In this document: in pieces, positions 63,853 to 64,000 of the stretch
Layout: every line of letters begins with the position of its first letter
Numbering within the stretch: the stretch's first letter is position 1
NCBI GenBank assembly: GCA_951406725.2
Contig: OX597833.1
Location: 61,876,001 to 61,940,000 of the forward strand
Direction: 5' to 3'
Origin: Octopus vulgaris
Taxonomy: Eukaryota
Length of the DNA: 64,000 nt
Made by a program: the position numbers and the translations under genes
The notes under the pieces: model-generated
Database searches by the model: none
What the model saw: only the letters and a program-made list of their open reading frames with translations
Told to the model about the DNA's origin: nothing

Positions 63853-64000
63853 CTTTTTACTCTTTACTCTTTTACTTGTTTCAGTCATTTGACTGCGGCC
63901 ATGCTGGAGCACCACCTTTAGTCGAGCAAAACGACCCCGGGACTTATTCTTTTGTAAGCCCAGTACTTATTCTATCGGTCTCTTTTGCCGAACCGCTAAG
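63853..64000 (-). mobile_element. CORE-type SINE tail running off the window
   Basis: Same tail as the copies at 46598 and 56258. Confidence 0.85.

Overview
AT-rich, microsatellite-dense eukaryotic DNA, most likely from an Octopus (coleoid cephalopod). This is inferred from the tRNA-derived SINE types and the simple-repeat load, not from a search. Nearly all long ORFs in the track are microsatellite artefacts. Candidate host-gene pieces are few and all on the minus strand: a first coding exon with a promoter (~1.8-2.5 kb), an intronless 208-aa membrane-protein ORF (9.6-10.3 kb) and a terminal coding exon (61.4 kb). The rest is transposon remains: several SINE families, Tx1/L1, R4/Dong and Penelope-like retroelement fragments, mariner, maT (DD37D) and Merlin transposase relics, and hAT and Merlin MITEs. 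The main highlights are (1) a chimeric mariner built from two convergent 5' ends, with a captured GC-rich promoter/exon/132-nt intron cassette, inside a locally multiplied and partly inverted block (28.9-35 kb); (2) several type I hammerhead-ribozyme-like motifs in Penelope-associated repeats; (3) Merlin MITEs together with Merlin transposase relics; (4) SINE head/tail swapping and an apparent GGTAT target preference that may explain SINE dimers. All calls were made by eye and coordinates of decayed elements are approximate.
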